Assembly: GCA_965261735.1 (NCBI GenBank)
Contig: OZ253470.1
Coordinates: forward strand, 736,001 to 800,000
Length of the DNA stretch: 64,000 bases
Origin: Alphaproteobacteria bacterium
Lineage (GTDB): Bacteria > Pseudomonadota > Alphaproteobacteria > SHVV01
Reading direction: 5' to 3'
In this document: positions 1 through 11,993 of the stretch, piece by piece
How the letters are laid out: each line of letters opens with the position of its first letter
How positions within the stretch are numbered: position 1 is the first letter of the stretch
Program-made: the position numbers and the translations under genes
Notes under the pieces: generated by a model
Databases searched by the model: none
Told to the model about the DNA's origin: nothing
Seen by the model: only the letters and a program-made list of their open reading frames with translations

Positions 1-229
1 GGCCCGCGTCCAGGATCACCCCGATGTGGCTCGCCTGGCCCGGCCCCAGCGACTCGTCGAGCAGCTTGGCCAGCATGTTGGCGAATCCGAGCACCGCACC
101 GACGGGCGTTCCGTCGCTGCGCGACAGCGGCGGCAGGGCGTGGTAGGCGCGGAAGATGTAGCCCGAGCCATCGATCAGGAAGACGCGCCGGACCTGCTTC
201 GCCGGGTCCGTGGTGTGCGCGACGCTCAT
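1..229 (-). CDS. polA: DNA polymerase I, 5' end (partial, runs off window)
   Basis: Not in ORF track. Hand translation MSVAHTTDPAKQVRRVFLIDGSGYIFRAYHALPPLSRSDGTPVGAVLGFANMLAKLL is the typical PolI 5'-3' exonuclease N-terminus. Confidence 0.92.
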   Translation of the reverse strand, partial: MSVAHTTDPAKQVRRVFLIDGSGYIFRAYHALPPLSRSDGTPVGAVLGFANMLAKLLDESLGPGQASHIGVILDAG

Positions 230-284
230 GGCCGCACTATGGCACGGCGAAAGGCTCGAGTCCCGGATGCGTGGCCGGCGCGCG

Positions 285-461
285 TCAACCGCCGGCGGGC
301 GGCCTTTGCAGCACGAAGCGGCGATCGCAATAGGGGCACTCGACCTCGCCCTTGTCGCCGAGATTGAGGTAGACGAGCGGGTGGCCGAGTGCGCCGCCGC
401 CGTCGCAACCGACGGTGGTCTGCTCGACGATCACCGTTTCCGGCGCTTCGGGATTGGACAT
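285..461 (-). CDS. Small zinc-finger (zf-CHCC-like) protein
   Basis: MSNPEAPETV..VGCDGGGGALGHPLVYLNL..VECPYCDRRF; C-H-C-C motif. Confidence 0.85.
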   Translation of the reverse strand: MSNPEAPETVIVEQTTVGCDGGGALGHPLVYLNLGDKGEVECPYCDRRFVLQRPPAGG

Positions 462-565
462 CGTGGGCCTCGCTTGGCGGCCCGCGGTTGACCGGCGGGC
501 GCCGCGAATGATACCCATTGGCGCCACCCTTTCAACTCCCCGGTCACGGATTCTTTCGCGAGTCG

Positions 566-1543
<978 letters not shown>

Positions 1544-1640
1544 TCCGGCCCATCCCGCGACCCCGAGCGCGCGAATCGCCGTCCCGGACAGCACGAAGTT
1601 GCTGGACCTCCGAAGGGCGAATCCCCTCTCTTGGCGAGAG

Positions 1641-1759
1641 GTCCCCCTCCCCCTACCCCCTCCCACCAGGGGAGGGGGGTTATGGCGCGATGTCGGTTTC
1701 CCAACCCTCCCCCTTGATGGGGGAGGGTTGGGTGGGGGTGACGCGCGGAACGCACAAGC
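1641..1759 (+). repeat. Double-hairpin palindromic repeat element, copy A
   Basis: CCCCCTCCC-acca-GGGGAGGGGG, spacer ATGGCGCGATGTCGGTTTC, CCCAACCCTCCCCC-ttgat-GGGGGAGGGTTGGG; similar to 3211-3364 (reverse) and 47551-47669. Confidence 0.85.
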
Positions 1760-1778
1760 CGATGCTTGCGGCGCGAGA

Positions 1779-2647
1779 CTAGTCGGCGAAGCCCCAGGCG
1801 TCGCCGGCGCGCTCGATGGTGCCCACCGTCGGCGTCGCGAAATGGGCCGGCAGGACGCGGGTGCCGGTCTCGGCGTAGCGGTCGAGAAACGCGCGCCGGG
1901 TGCTGCGCGCCTCCTCGGCGTCGATGCAGAAGCCGCTGTTCCAATCGGGCTCGGCGTACTGCACCGGGTGGTGGACGACGTCGCCGCTGATCACCGCGGC
2001 AGCCCCGCGCGAGGCCACGCGGATGCACACGTGGCCGGGCGTGTGGCCCGGCGTCGGCTCGAGCCACAGCGTATCGTCCATGGCGTAATCGGTGTCGATC
2101 ATGACGGCCTGGCCCGCCTCGACGACGGGCAGCACGCTGTCGGCGAAGCCGCCGAGGTCGGCTTCGGGGCGCTCGCGCGCCTCGATGCGCGCATGGTCGA
2201 ATTCGGTGCGCGCGATCAGGTACTTGGCGTTGGGAAACGTCGGCACCCAGCGGCCCTCGACGAGGCGGGTGTTCCAGCCCACGTGATCGACGTGCAGGTG
2301 GGTACAGAGCACGAAGTCGACCTCCTCGGGCGCCGCGCCTCCGGCCGCGAGCTGGGCGAGCCAGTCGGTCTTGCGCATGTGGACGTTGGGGTGGCCCTCG
2401 CGGCTCTTGTCGTTGCCGATGCAGGTATCGACGATGACAGTGTGGTGCGGGGTTTTGACGAGGAACCCCTGCGCGCTCGCGACCAGGCGCTCGGCAGCGA
2501 GGTCGTAGAAGCGCGGCGCGAGGTGGCCGCGATGCGGCGCCATGGCCTCCGGCACCGCATCGGGGGACAGGAAGGCCGGGTCGTAGATCGGCCCTCGATA
2601 TCGACGAGCCGGGCGATCGAAATATCGCCGATGGTGATGGTTTTCAT
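1779..2647 (-). pseudogene. MBL-fold metallo-hydrolase, 1-nt frameshift near 2590
   Basis: THLHVDHVG and TPGHTPGH motifs. N-terminus MKTITIGDISIARLVDIEG lies in another frame; adding one base gives EGPIYDPAFLSPDAVPEAM. Confidence 0.8.
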
Positions 2648-2770
2648 CGCAGCCCCTCCTCAGTGTCGCCGCCGCGCCGCGCCGGAGCGACGCCGCACGG
2701 GCGGGCGCGGCCGTGCCGCCGTCAACCGCCGGGCGTCCTGGTCGGCGTCAGCACGCTCGCCAGCGCCTCA

Positions 2771-3163
2771 TCAATCACCCGGCACTTTCGGCGACGATAA
2801 AACGCTCGCCAGCGCCTCCTTGGCATCGTCCGCGCCCACGTTCTCGGCGACGAGCGCCAGGCCCCGCCGCGCCATGGAGCGCCGCAGCCAGGCGTTGCCG
2901 GTAAACCCGAGCCAGGCCTGGATGATCAGGGTCGGCGCGATAAAGGCGAGGCCGTAGCCGTCCGTTCCGAGCTTCATCGGTTCGCCCACGACCCAAACCA
3001 CCAGGGCGAGCGCGAGATAGGCGCCGCACAGCGCCGCCCCAAGCCCATAGAGCCGGTGCGCGAACGCCCACGCGAAGGAGAGAAGGACACCCGGCAGGCA
3101 GAAACCCGTCGGAACCGCCGCAACCTCTTCGGCCTCACTCCTGTAAACGCTGAAATACCTCAA
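2771..3163 (-). CDS. DUF2628-like small membrane protein
   Basis: AVPTGFCLPGVLLSFAWAFAHRLY..GFTGNAWLRRSMARRG; TTG start assumed. Confidence 0.65.
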   Translation of the reverse strand: MRYFSVYRSEAEEVAAVPTGFCLPGVLLSFAWAFAHRLYGLGAALCGAYLALALVVWVVGEPMKLGTDGYGLAFIAPTLIIQAWLGFTGNAWLRRSMARRGLALVAENVGADDAKEALASVLSSPKVPGD

Positions 3164-3210
3164 CTCGACCCGCCCGCCTCGATGACACCCGACGGTCGAG
3201 GCTAGCACAT

Positions 3211-3364
3211 GCTCGCGCAAGTCCGCGCGTCACCCCCACCCTGCCCTCCCCCATCAAGGGGGAAGGTCAAGAACTGGCCACTGCGCCATGGTACCCCCTC
3301 CCTTGATGGGAGGGAGCGTCGTAAGTCCCCCTCCCCTAGTGGGAGGGGGCAGGGGGAGGGGGAC
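3211..3364 (-). repeat. Double-hairpin palindromic repeat element, copy B (inverted, extra internal hairpin)
   Basis: Reverse complement matches copies A and C, with an added CCCTCCC-atcaa-GGGAGGG hairpin. Confidence 0.85.
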
Positions 3365-3439
3365 GGACAAAGAGGAGGAGAAGGCCCCGGGTGGCGCGTT
3401 TGCGCCCGCCTCACCCCTTCGCGTAGAGTGACGTCGGAG

Positions 3440-3516
3440 GCGCCCGTAGCTCAGTTGGATAGAGCGCTGGCCTCCGAAGCCAGAGGTCGTGAGTTCGAAT
3501 CTCGCCGGGCGCGCCA
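3440..3516 (+). tRNA. tRNA-Arg (CCG)
   Basis: GCGCCCGTAGCTCAGTTGGATAGAGC..CTGGC-CTCCGAA-GCCAG..GTTCGAATC..CGGGCGCGCCA; 77 nt, encoded CCA. Confidence 0.97.
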
Positions 3517-3580
3517 ATTTCCCACGCACTTGGGCTCCAATCCGTTTCGTGCCAGTAGCCACAAATCAGAGCGCACGGCC

Positions 3581-5281
3581 ATGACGGAGATTGAGTCGAC
3601 AAGCGAAGCCGTGCCCGAGGGCGCGCGCGACTTTGTCCGGGCGCTGATCAGCGCCGATCCGCGCAGCGCCCGCGGGGAGGTGGTGACGCGGTTTCCGCCG
3701 GAGCCTAATGGGTATCTCCATATCGGGCACGCGAAGTCGATCTGCCTCAATTTCGGGATCGCGGACGAGTTCGGGGGGCGCTGCTATTTGCGCTTCGACG
3801 ACACCAATCCGACCAAGGAGGAGCAGGAGTACATCGAGGCGATCGAGCGTGACGTGCGCTGGCTCGGCTTCGACTGGGGCGCGCGGGCGACGTTTGCGTC
3901 GGACTATTTCGAGCAACTCTACGAATGGGCGGAGCACCTGATCCGCGCGGGCAAAGCGTATGTCGACGACCTCTCGGCGGACGAGGTGCGAGACATGCGC
4001 GGCACGCTCACCGAGCCCGGGCGCGACAGCCCGTACCGCGAGCGCTCCGTGGACGAGAACCTGGATCTCTTCCGGCGCATGCGTGCGGGCGAGTTCGCGG
4101 ACGGCGGGCGCACCTTGCGGGCGCGGATCGATATGGCGGCGGGCAACATCAATTTGCGCGACCCCACGCTCTACCGCATCCTGCATACGCCGCATCCGCG
4201 CACGCACGACGACTGGTGCATCTACCCGACCTACGATTTCGCGCACGGCCAGTGCGACGCCATCGAGGGCATCACCCACTCGCTGTGCACGCTCGAGTTC
4301 GAGGACCACCGCCCGCTCTATGATTGGCTGATCGAGAACCTGCCGGTGCCGAACCGGCCGCGCCAGTACGAGTTCGCGCGGCTCGTGCTGACGCACACGG
4401 TGCTTTCGAAGCGCAAGCTCACCCGGCTCGTCGCCGAGGGGCACGTTGCCGGCTGGGACGATCCGCGCCTGCCGACGCTCGCAGGGCTCGCGCGGCGCGG
4501 CGTGCCGGCGGCTGCGATCCGCGACTTCGTGGGCCGCATCGGCGTGACCCGGGCCGCGGCGGTGGTCGAGGCCGCACTACTCGAGCATTGCACGCGCGAG
4601 CTCCTGAACAAATCCGCGCCCCGGCGCATGGCGGTGCTGCGCCCGCTCAAGGTGGTCATCGAGAACTACGACGACGCGCACGAGGAGCTCGAAGCGGTCA
4701 ACAACCCCGAGGACGAGTCCGCGGGCACACGCAGCGTCCCGTTCTCGCGCGAGCTCTACATCGAGCGCGAGGACTTCATGGAGGAGCCGCGAGCCAAGTT
4801 CTTCCGCTTATCGCCGGGGCGCGAGGTGCGCCTGCGCTACGCCTACTTCATCACCTGCCGCGAGGCGGTCAAGGACGCGGCCGGCGAGGTCGTGGGTCTG
4901 CGCTGCACTTACGATCCGGCGAGCCGCGGCGGGCGCTCACCCGACGGGCGCAAGGTCAAGGCGACGCTGCACTGGGTGTCGGCGGCGCACGCGGTTCCGG
5001 CCGAGGTCCGGCTCTATGAGCCCCTGTTCGCGTGCGCCGATCCCGGCGCGGAAGGCGACCTCATCGACGACCTCAACCCGGAGTCGCTCACCGTGCTCGA
5101 TGGTTGCATGCTCGAGCCGGGGCTCGCCGGGGCGAACGCCTCGGAGACGCTCCAGTTCGAGCGCCTCGGCTATTTCCGCGCCGATCCCGATTCGACGCCG
5201 GCTCGGCCTGTCTTCAACCGCACGGTATCCTTGCGCGATAGTTGGGCCAGGGTCCAGGCCAAGGGCGACGCCAAGACTTAG
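3581..5281 (+). CDS. glnS: Glutamine--tRNA ligase
   Basis: [60 protein letters not shown]. Confidence 0.95.
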   Translation: MTEIESTSEAVPEGARDFVRALISADPRSARGEVVTRFPPEPNGYLHIGHAKSICLNFGIADEFGGRCYLRFDDTNPTKEEQEYIEAIERDVRWLGFDWGARATFASDYFEQLYEWAEHLIRAGKAYVDDLSADEVRDMRGTLTEPGRDSPYRERSVDENLDLFRRMRAGEFADGGRTLRARIDMAAGNINLRDPTLYRILHTPHPRTHDDWCIYPTYDFAHGQCDAIEGITHSLCTLEFEDHRPLYDWLIENLPVPNRPRQYEFARLVLTHTVLSKRKLTRLVAEGHVAGWDDPRLPTLAGLARRGVPAAAIRDFVGRIGVTRAAAVVEAALLEHCTRELLNKSAPRRMAVLRPLKVVIENYDDAHEELEAVNNPEDESAGTRSVPFSRELYIEREDFMEEPRAKFFRLSPGREVRLRYAYFITCREAVKDAAGEVVGLRCTYDPASRGGRSPDGRKVKATLHWVSAAHAVPAEVRLYEPLFACADPGAEGDLIDDLNPESLTVLDGCMLEPGLAGANASETLQFERLGYFRADPDSTPARPVFNRTVSLRDSWARVQAKGDAKT

Positions 5282-5293
5282 CGTGCGCGGCCC

Positions 5294-6090
5294 TCAGGCG
5301 GGCCGGCGCGCCGTCGTGACGATGGCCTGAAGGGGCGTGCGCAGCGGCGCATCGCCGAGCGCCTGCGTGAGCGCTTGCGCCACCGCATCGACGACCTCCT
5401 CGACCGGGACCGTCGCGCGCTCGCGGATCTCGTGGATGATGGGGCTGCCCTCGACGAAGCCGATCGCGGCGTGCCGCGCCGAGGGGCGTTCGGCCACCGT
5501 GGCGACCTCGCTGAGCTCGATCTCGTCGAAGCCCGCCTCGCCCAGCAGGGCCTCGATCGCACCCCGGTCGTGGTAGCTGAAGGGGAGGAGCAGGAACGTC
5601 GGCGGATCCTCGGAGAAGAAGCTCGTGATCGCCTCGTGGGCGATGCCGACCACCGGGTTTTCCGCGTGCGAGCGCCAGACGTTGAAGGCGAGCAGCCCGC
5701 CGGGCTTGAGCACGCGCAAGGCCTCGCGCATGCCGGCCGGCTTGTCGGGCAGGAACATCAGCCCGAACTGGCAGACGAGCGCATCGAAGCTCGAATCCTC
5801 GAAGGGCAGATCGGCAGCATCGGCCCGAGATCGCCGTTTTTCGCGCCCGCGAATTCGAGCATGGCCTCGTTGAGGTCGGTGGCCACGATCTCGACGCCGC
5901 CGGGCAGGGCAGCGCGCAGGGCACGCGTGGAAATGCCGGTGCCGCAGGACGTATCGAGGACCCGGCCGCCATCGGCGACCGCAACGCGGTTCGCGAGGTC
6001 AGCGGCGTAATACTCGAACAGCAGCGGCCCGAGATGGGCGTCGTACTTCTCGGGGATCGAGCCGACGAATTGCGCGTGCGTACTACTCAT
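5294..6090 (-). pseudogene. Class I SAM-dependent methyltransferase, frameshifting deletion near 5825
   Basis: VLDTSCGTG motif in the 5' ORF; ADAADLPFEDSSFDALVCQFGLMF..RVLKPGG continues in another frame. Confidence 0.8.
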
Positions 6091-8560
6091 GATCTGAATT
6101 CCTCCCTGCCGGTCGGGGCTGCCGCCAGTCTAACCCCATTCCGATTTGGCGCAGGATAGCCGGGTTGGCAACCGGCCCGGCCTCGGTTGCCGCGCCCCGG
6201 AAACCGCAATAAGCTTGCGCCATGGCCGATCGCGCGCCGCCATCGATCGGGCCGAGGACACCACGGGGACAGCCGTATGAAGTGCACCGGCTGCGGCTTT
6301 GATGCGCCGCCCGACTTCGCCTTCTGCCCCAAGTGCGGGGCGAAGTTGGCGAGCCTGTGCCCGGGCTGCGGCTTTGCCGCCGCGCCCGACTTCGCCTTCT
6401 GCCCGAAATGCGGCACGGGGCTCGGCACCGCGCCAGGCGCGCCTGCCGCGCCCGCACCGGCCGTCGTCGCCGAGGCGCGGCCGCCGCCCGGGCGGGCGGC
6501 GCGCGGCGCGCCGGCTGAGGAGTCCGACCGGCGCACGGTGACCGTTCTGTTCGCCGATCTGTGCGGCTTCACGGGCTTGAGCGAACGCCTCGATCCCGAG
6601 GAAATCCGCGCCCTGCAGGACGACATGTTCGCCGAGCTCACGGTCGCGGTCGAACGCTTCGATGGCTTCGTCGACAAGTTCGTCGGCGATGCGCTGCTCG
6701 CCCTGTTCGGCGCCCCCATCGCCCACGAGGACGACCCCGAGCGCGCCCTCGGCGCCGCGCTTGCCATGGGCGAGTGCATCGCCGCGGTGAGCGAGCGCTG
6801 GCAGCGCCGCCTCGGCGAACCGCTGGCGCTCCATATCGGCATCAACACGGGCCCGGTCGTTGCCGGCGGCCAGGGCGCGAGCGGCGCCAGCGCCTATTCG
6901 GTCACCGGCGATACGGTGAACACCGCCTCCAGGCTGCAAACGACGGCCGAGCCCGGAGACATCCTGGTCGGCCCGGTGACCCACCGGCTGACCCGCCACG
7001 CCTTCGCCTTCGACGCGTTCGGGGAGCTCACGCTGAAGGGTCGAGCGCGGCCGCTGGCCGCCCATCGGCTGCTCGGCGCCCTCGATACGGCGAGACCGGC
7101 GCGCGGGCTCGAGCCGCTCGGCCTCGAGGCACCGCTCGTCGGCCGCGAGGACGAGCTCGGCCAAATGATGGCCGCGTTCGAGCGCACGCTCGGTGGCCAG
7201 GCCCAGGTCGTGCGCCTGATCGGCGAGGCCGGCGCGGGCAAGTCGCGGCTGCTCACCGAGTTCCTGGCGCGGCTCGAGGCCGAGGGCCGGCTCGAGGGCG
7301 TGGCAGTGCGCCGGGTTCAGTGCTCCTCTCTCGGCGAGCAGCCTTACGGGGTGCTGGCGAGCGCCGTGCGCGACGCCTACGGCGTGGCGCCGGACGACCC
7401 CCTCGTGGTGGCCCAGCACAAGCTCATCTCGGGCCTCAAGGGCATTGGCGCCGACGAGGAAGACATCGCGCGCATCGCGCCGAGCCTGGGCTATCTGCTC
7501 GGCATCGACTCGGGCGATCTCGGCCTCGAGCACCTCGACCCCGAGCAGCTCAAGCGCCAAATCGCCCTTGCCCTGCGCACGATGGTCGAGCGCCGGCTTC
7601 AGGTCGGGCCTCTCGTGTGGGCCGTCGAGGACCTGCACTGGGCCGATGCGGCGTCAATCGAGGCCATGCGATTCCTGGTCGAGCGGGTCCCGGATCGGGC
7701 GTTCATGCTGATCGTAGTCCAGCGCCCGGACTTCGATGCGGGGGCGCTCGCGACCCAGCGCGCCACCCAGACCGCCATGCGCCTCGCGCGCCTCACCGAG
7801 GACGAGAGCGAGGCGCTGCTCAGCGCCCTGCTCGGCGTCCCGGCCGCGCGCCTGCCGCCGCACCTGCGCGAACTCATCGTCGCACGCACCGGCGGCAACC
7901 CATTCTATATCGAAGAGATCGTGCGCGGCCTCATCGAGACCGGCGCGCTGGTGCGCGATGGCGCCGGCTGGACCTGTCCCCCCGATACCCAGGCAGCCGA
8001 CATACCGCTCAACATTCAGGGTCTGCTGCTCGCCCGCCTCGACCGTATGCCGCGCGCCGCCCGCCAGCTCGCCCAGAACGCGGCCATCCTCGGCTCGACG
8101 TTCGATGCTGGTATGCTGCGCCGCATCGCCGGCGGGGGGGCGGCCGTCGATGACGGCCTCGACCTGCTGTGCGACGCCGAAATGCTCGAGGAAGTCCCGC
8201 GTGCGGCGGGCGGCGACGAGCAGCTCTTCCGATTCACGCAGACGCTGGTGCAGGAGGTGGTCTATCAGAACCTGCGGCGCAACGAGCTCCACGGCGAGGT
8301 CGGGCGGGTGCTCGAAGAGCTGTACGGCGGCAAGCCCGAGCGCCTCGAGGAGGTCGAGGCGCTGGGCCACCACTTCAGTCTGAGCGAGGATCGCCCCAAG
8401 GGCGCACGCTACATGGTCGCAGCGGGCGACTGGGCGCGCCGCATCTACGCCAACGACGACGCCATGCGCCACTACGAGCGAGCGCTGGCCACTCTCGAGG
8501 ATTGCGGCACCGGCGGCGAGGAGAGGCTCAACGTGTGCGAGCGGCTCGCCGACCTGCTAG

Positions 8561-10207
8561 GAGCGTGCGCCGTAGAAGTTTTGATGTTGGGCGATTGGCG
8601 CGCGGCCGCCGGAGAGGTGGGATTTTGGCCCGAGTGTGGATATCTGGCCCGCCCGACTCTGGGATGGAAATCCCAGACCGGAAGGCCGGAAGGGAAGAGA
8701 TTCGCGTTTCATACGCGGTCGATGGGCACTGCGCGCCCCGGATCAAGTGCGTTGGCAGGCCAGCACCTGCCTCAGCACGTGGCCACCGTCCCCATCCGCT
8801 TGATGTTCAACGCCAAGCACACGAGGTCCCACTCGCCGCGCACCTTCGCCAAGCCTCGCAGGCTGAATCGTCGGAATCCGAGCACCTCCTTGATCCACCC
8901 GTTCGGCGCCTCCGAGAGCCACTTGCGTTGCGCGTACCGGGCTTTGCCCGCGGGGCTCGCCAGTTTCTCACCCATGCGGTGCGTGGCAGGGAGCCGGGCC
9001 GGGTCGACCGCCACCTGGGACTTGCCTTCACGCCCCAGCGCTACGTGCGCGTCGATGCCGCGATCTTCCAGCTCCAACAGATCCGGCTCGTTGCAGTAGC
9101 CCGCATCGGCCAGTACCACCGCAGGCTCGACCCCAAACGTCTCGTTGATCTCGTCGAGCATCCCCACCAGCTGACCCTGGTCGCTGGCCTGTGGCCCCAC
9201 CTGAGTCGCGACGATGATCTGGTGCTCCCCATCGACCGCCATCTGCGCGTTGTAGCACTGCTGGAACCCCTCGCTGCTGGTCTTCATGATCTGGCTCTCG
9301 GGATCGGTGAAATTGCTCTGCGCCTTCGGCTCGGGCTCGCCGTAGGCCCGCTTGTAAGGCCGCCCGCCCCGGGGATTGCGGTCCTGCCCCGGCTCGCGCC
9401 CGCGCTCATCGTCGCGCCCGCGTTGCGCCGCCTCCAAACGCGCTTTGGCTGCCTGGATCGCCGCCAGGCGCTTCTCCCTGCGTTGCAACTCCTCGGGCAA
9501 CTCGTCGCCCCGGAAATCCTCGCCCCAACGCTCGTCTTCTTCGGCGTCCACCATCCCCGCCGTCGTCAGCAGCGCCTCGATCTCCGCCTGCAAGCGAGCC
9601 GCCTCTTTGCCCATCCGCTCATAGCTCATCGCCTTGCGCTTGCTCGCGTTCGCTCGCACCTTCGTCCCGTCGACCGAGAGCTTGCCGAACCGCGCCAGTC
9701 CCATCTCGCGCGCCACCTGCACCACCCCCACAAACAGCTCGCTGAACTCCGCCAGATGTCGGCGTCGGAACTCACATACCGTGCGATGTTGCGGGAAGTT
9801 GCCCGCCGCGAGCATCCTAAACGCTACATCCTCCTCCAGCTTCCTCGCCACCGCGCGCGAGGAGAATGTGCCCGTCGCGTAGGCATAGATCAGCACCTTG
9901 ACCATCATCGACGGCTCGTAGGGGGCGTTGCGTCGACCGTCCCCCTCGTAGGGCGCATAGAACGCCGTCAAGTCCAGTGCATCGACCACATCGCTGACGT
10001 GATGAGCCAGGTGCCCTGGGGAAACCCACTCCTGCAAGTCCGGCGGCAAAAGCAAGGGTTGGTCCGGCTGGTAGGCACGAAACGTGGTCGGCATCGGGAG
10101 TTCCCACACGCAACTGGCGTATCGGATCATACTTCCCCCTGCGCAAATCCACCCACAACCCGTCCGCTATCAACTTTGCCGCGCGGACCTTTCTGCGGCG
10201 CACGCTC
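8561..10207 (-). mobile_element. IS1182-family insertion sequence
   Basis: TIRs GAGCGTGCGCCGTAGAA (8561-8577) and TTCTGCGGCGCACGCTC (10191-10207); CTAG duplicated at 8557-8560 and 10208-10211. Confidence 0.93.
8772..10094 (-). CDS. IS1182-family transposase
   Basis: LLLPPDLQEW, MMVKVLIYAYATGTFSSR, VDGTKVRANASK, NFTDPESQIMK, LADAGY, GFRRFSLRGL. Confidence 0.92.
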   Translation of the reverse strand: MPTTFRAYQPDQPLLLPPDLQEWVSPGHLAHHVSDVVDALDLTAFYAPYEGDGRRNAPYEPSMMVKVLIYAYATGTFSSRAVARKLEEDVAFRMLAAGNFPQHRTVCEFRRRHLAEFSELFVGVVQVAREMGLARFGKLSVDGTKVRANASKRKAMSYERMGKEAARLQAEIEALLTTAGMVDAEEDERWGEDFRGDELPEELQRREKRLAAIQAAKARLEAAQRGRDDERGREPGQDRNPRGGRPYKRAYGEPEPKAQSNFTDPESQIMKTSSEGFQQCYNAQMAVDGEHQIIVATQVGPQASDQGQLVGMLDEINETFGVEPAVVLADAGYCNEPDLLELEDRGIDAHVALGREGKSQVAVDPARLPATHRMGEKLASPAGKARYAQRKWLSEAPNGWIKEVLGFRRFSLRGLAKVRGEWDLVCLALNIKRMGTVATC

Positions 10208-11279
10208 CTAGGGCCTAGCGGGCGCCGCGACCAGGCCTTGGAGCACTATCAGGCGATCCTGAGCGCGTTCGAGGCGGCCCAGGCGCGCGTGCTGCGCAAG
10301 ATGGGGGCGCTGCAGTGGGCCGCAGGCGAGCGTGAGCAGGCTACGGCCCGGCATCGCGCCGCCCTCGCCCTGCTCGACGGTGAGGTGGAGCACATCGAGC
10401 TCGCCCACCTGTACGAAGAGATGGGGCGTATCGCCTTTCGCAGCGGCGATGCGCCGGGTGCGGTCGAGTGGGCGCGGCGGGCGCTCGAACAGGCCGAGAA
10501 GCTGATCGCGGCCGCCGGTCCGACGACGAAGGACGAGGCTTGGCGCAAGGAGACGGCGACGGTGATCAGCTACGCCTACAACACCATGGGCGTGGCGCTG
10601 GCGCGGATGGGCAAGCTCAAACCGGCGGTCGGCCACGTCGAGCGCAGCGTCGCCGTCGCCGAGGCCGAGACGCTGTGGCACGCCGCCTGCCGCGGCTACA
10701 CCAATCTCGGCGTCCTTTACAGCACACTCGACCCGGGCCGTGCGATCGAGACCTGCGTCAACGGCCTCGACGTCGCCAAGAGAATCGGCGATTTCGGCTT
10801 CCAGTCACGCCTCTACGCCAATCTGGCCGTCGCCTATTGCACCTATACCGACCGCTGCGAGAGCGAGGGCATCGCCGCCGCGTTGGCCGCGATCGACCTC
10901 GACAGGCAGCTCGACCAGCGCGATCACATCGCGGTGCCACTTACCGTGCTCGGCCAGATCTATCAGTGCCACGGCCAACCCGAACGCGCGCTCGAGTACT
11001 ACACGGAGGCGCAAGGCATCGCCGAGGACATCGCCGAGGCGCAGCTCCTCTTCCCGTGCTACGACGGCCTGGCCACGCTGTACCTCGACATGGACGACGA
11101 AGCCCGGGCCGAGGAGTACATGCTGAAGGCCCAGGCGATCTGCGAGCAGGCCGCGATCGACCCGGATTCCTTCATCATGCTGCCGTTTCTCGATTGAGGC
11201 TGACCGACCCTCGCACCTCCCATGCTATATGTTGGGCTTGCGGCCAACATGAAGTCGAGGCGGCTATGCCGAGGAGGGC

Positions 11280-11962
11280 ATGATGACCGACGAGGCGGCG
11301 CGCCGCTTGGTGCAACCGGGCGATCCGGCGCCGAACTTTACGCTTCCGGCGGTCAATCGCGAGGGCTCGGTGGCACTCCAGGACTATCGCGGTAAGGTCC
11401 GGTGCTGGTCGGGCTGTTCCGAGGGCTCCACTGCCCGTTCTGCCGCCGCCACCTCACGACGATGAATATCGTCGACGAGGAGTTGCGCGCCATGGGCGTG
11501 GAGACGCTCGCCATCGTCGCCACTGAGCCCGAGCGCGCCAAGCTCTATTTTCGCCACCGCCCGGCGCGCGTGCTGCTGGCCGCCGACCCCGCGCAGGTAA
11601 CCCACGCGGCGTTCGGGTTGCCGACGATGGAGTTCACGGAATCCCCGACCGCTTGGGCCAACAAGAAGGTGTCGATGGCCGACATGATGACCATGCGCTT
11701 CAACCCGACCGGCGAATTGCCGGAGCCGCTTCCCGGGTTGGAGGCGGGCGAGGCCCTCACCGCCCTCGACGGCTTCGAGATGACGCCCGTGGACCAGCAG
11801 ATCATGGGGGGCTTTTCCACGGTCTTGATCGGCCAATTCCTGGTCGATCGCGAGGGTATCGTTCGCGAGACCTTCCTCGAGGCCAAGGACGACCCGGCCG
11901 ACTTCGGCAAGTTTCCCAACGTCGACGAGTTCGTCGCCGCCGCGGCTCGCCTGCGGGCCTGA
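11280..11962 (+). pseudogene. Peroxiredoxin-like (AhpC/TSA) redoxin, 1-nt frameshift near 11397
   Basis: RBS GAGGAGG; PGDPAPNFTLP..LQDYRGK, then (S)PVLVGLFRGLHCPFCRRHL in another frame. Confidence 0.8.
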
Positions 11963-11993
11963 ACCCTGCCGCCAGGCATGGCGGCATCAGGTC

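Larger units (their letters stand above)
6277..11197 (+). pseudogene. Double zinc ribbon-class III adenylate/guanylate cyclase-STAND (AAA) ATPase-TPR protein, split by IS1182
   Basis: Two CxxC..CPKC ribbons; VLFADLCGFT, KFVGDA, GDTVNTASRL; GEAGAGKS; EDLHWAD. Removing 8561-10211 fuses ..RLADLL to GPSGRRDQALEHY in frame with ORF 10238-11197. Confidence 0.9.

Noticed and set aside
6283-6414. ~57-bp direct repeat as a CRISPR-like or mobile repeat
   Set aside because: It is the coding duplication of the double zinc ribbon; only two copies, and no array or cas genes in the window.
6187-9099. 970-aa ORF as an intact protein
   Set aside because: Its last ~180 aa are read-through into the antisense strand of IS1182.
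8169-10211. Long alternative-frame and antisense ORFs (e.g. 8169-10211, 33901-35484, 6130-7638, 1599-2957)
   Set aside because: Shadow ORFs expected at high GC; they overlap well-supported genes and have no recognisable motifs.
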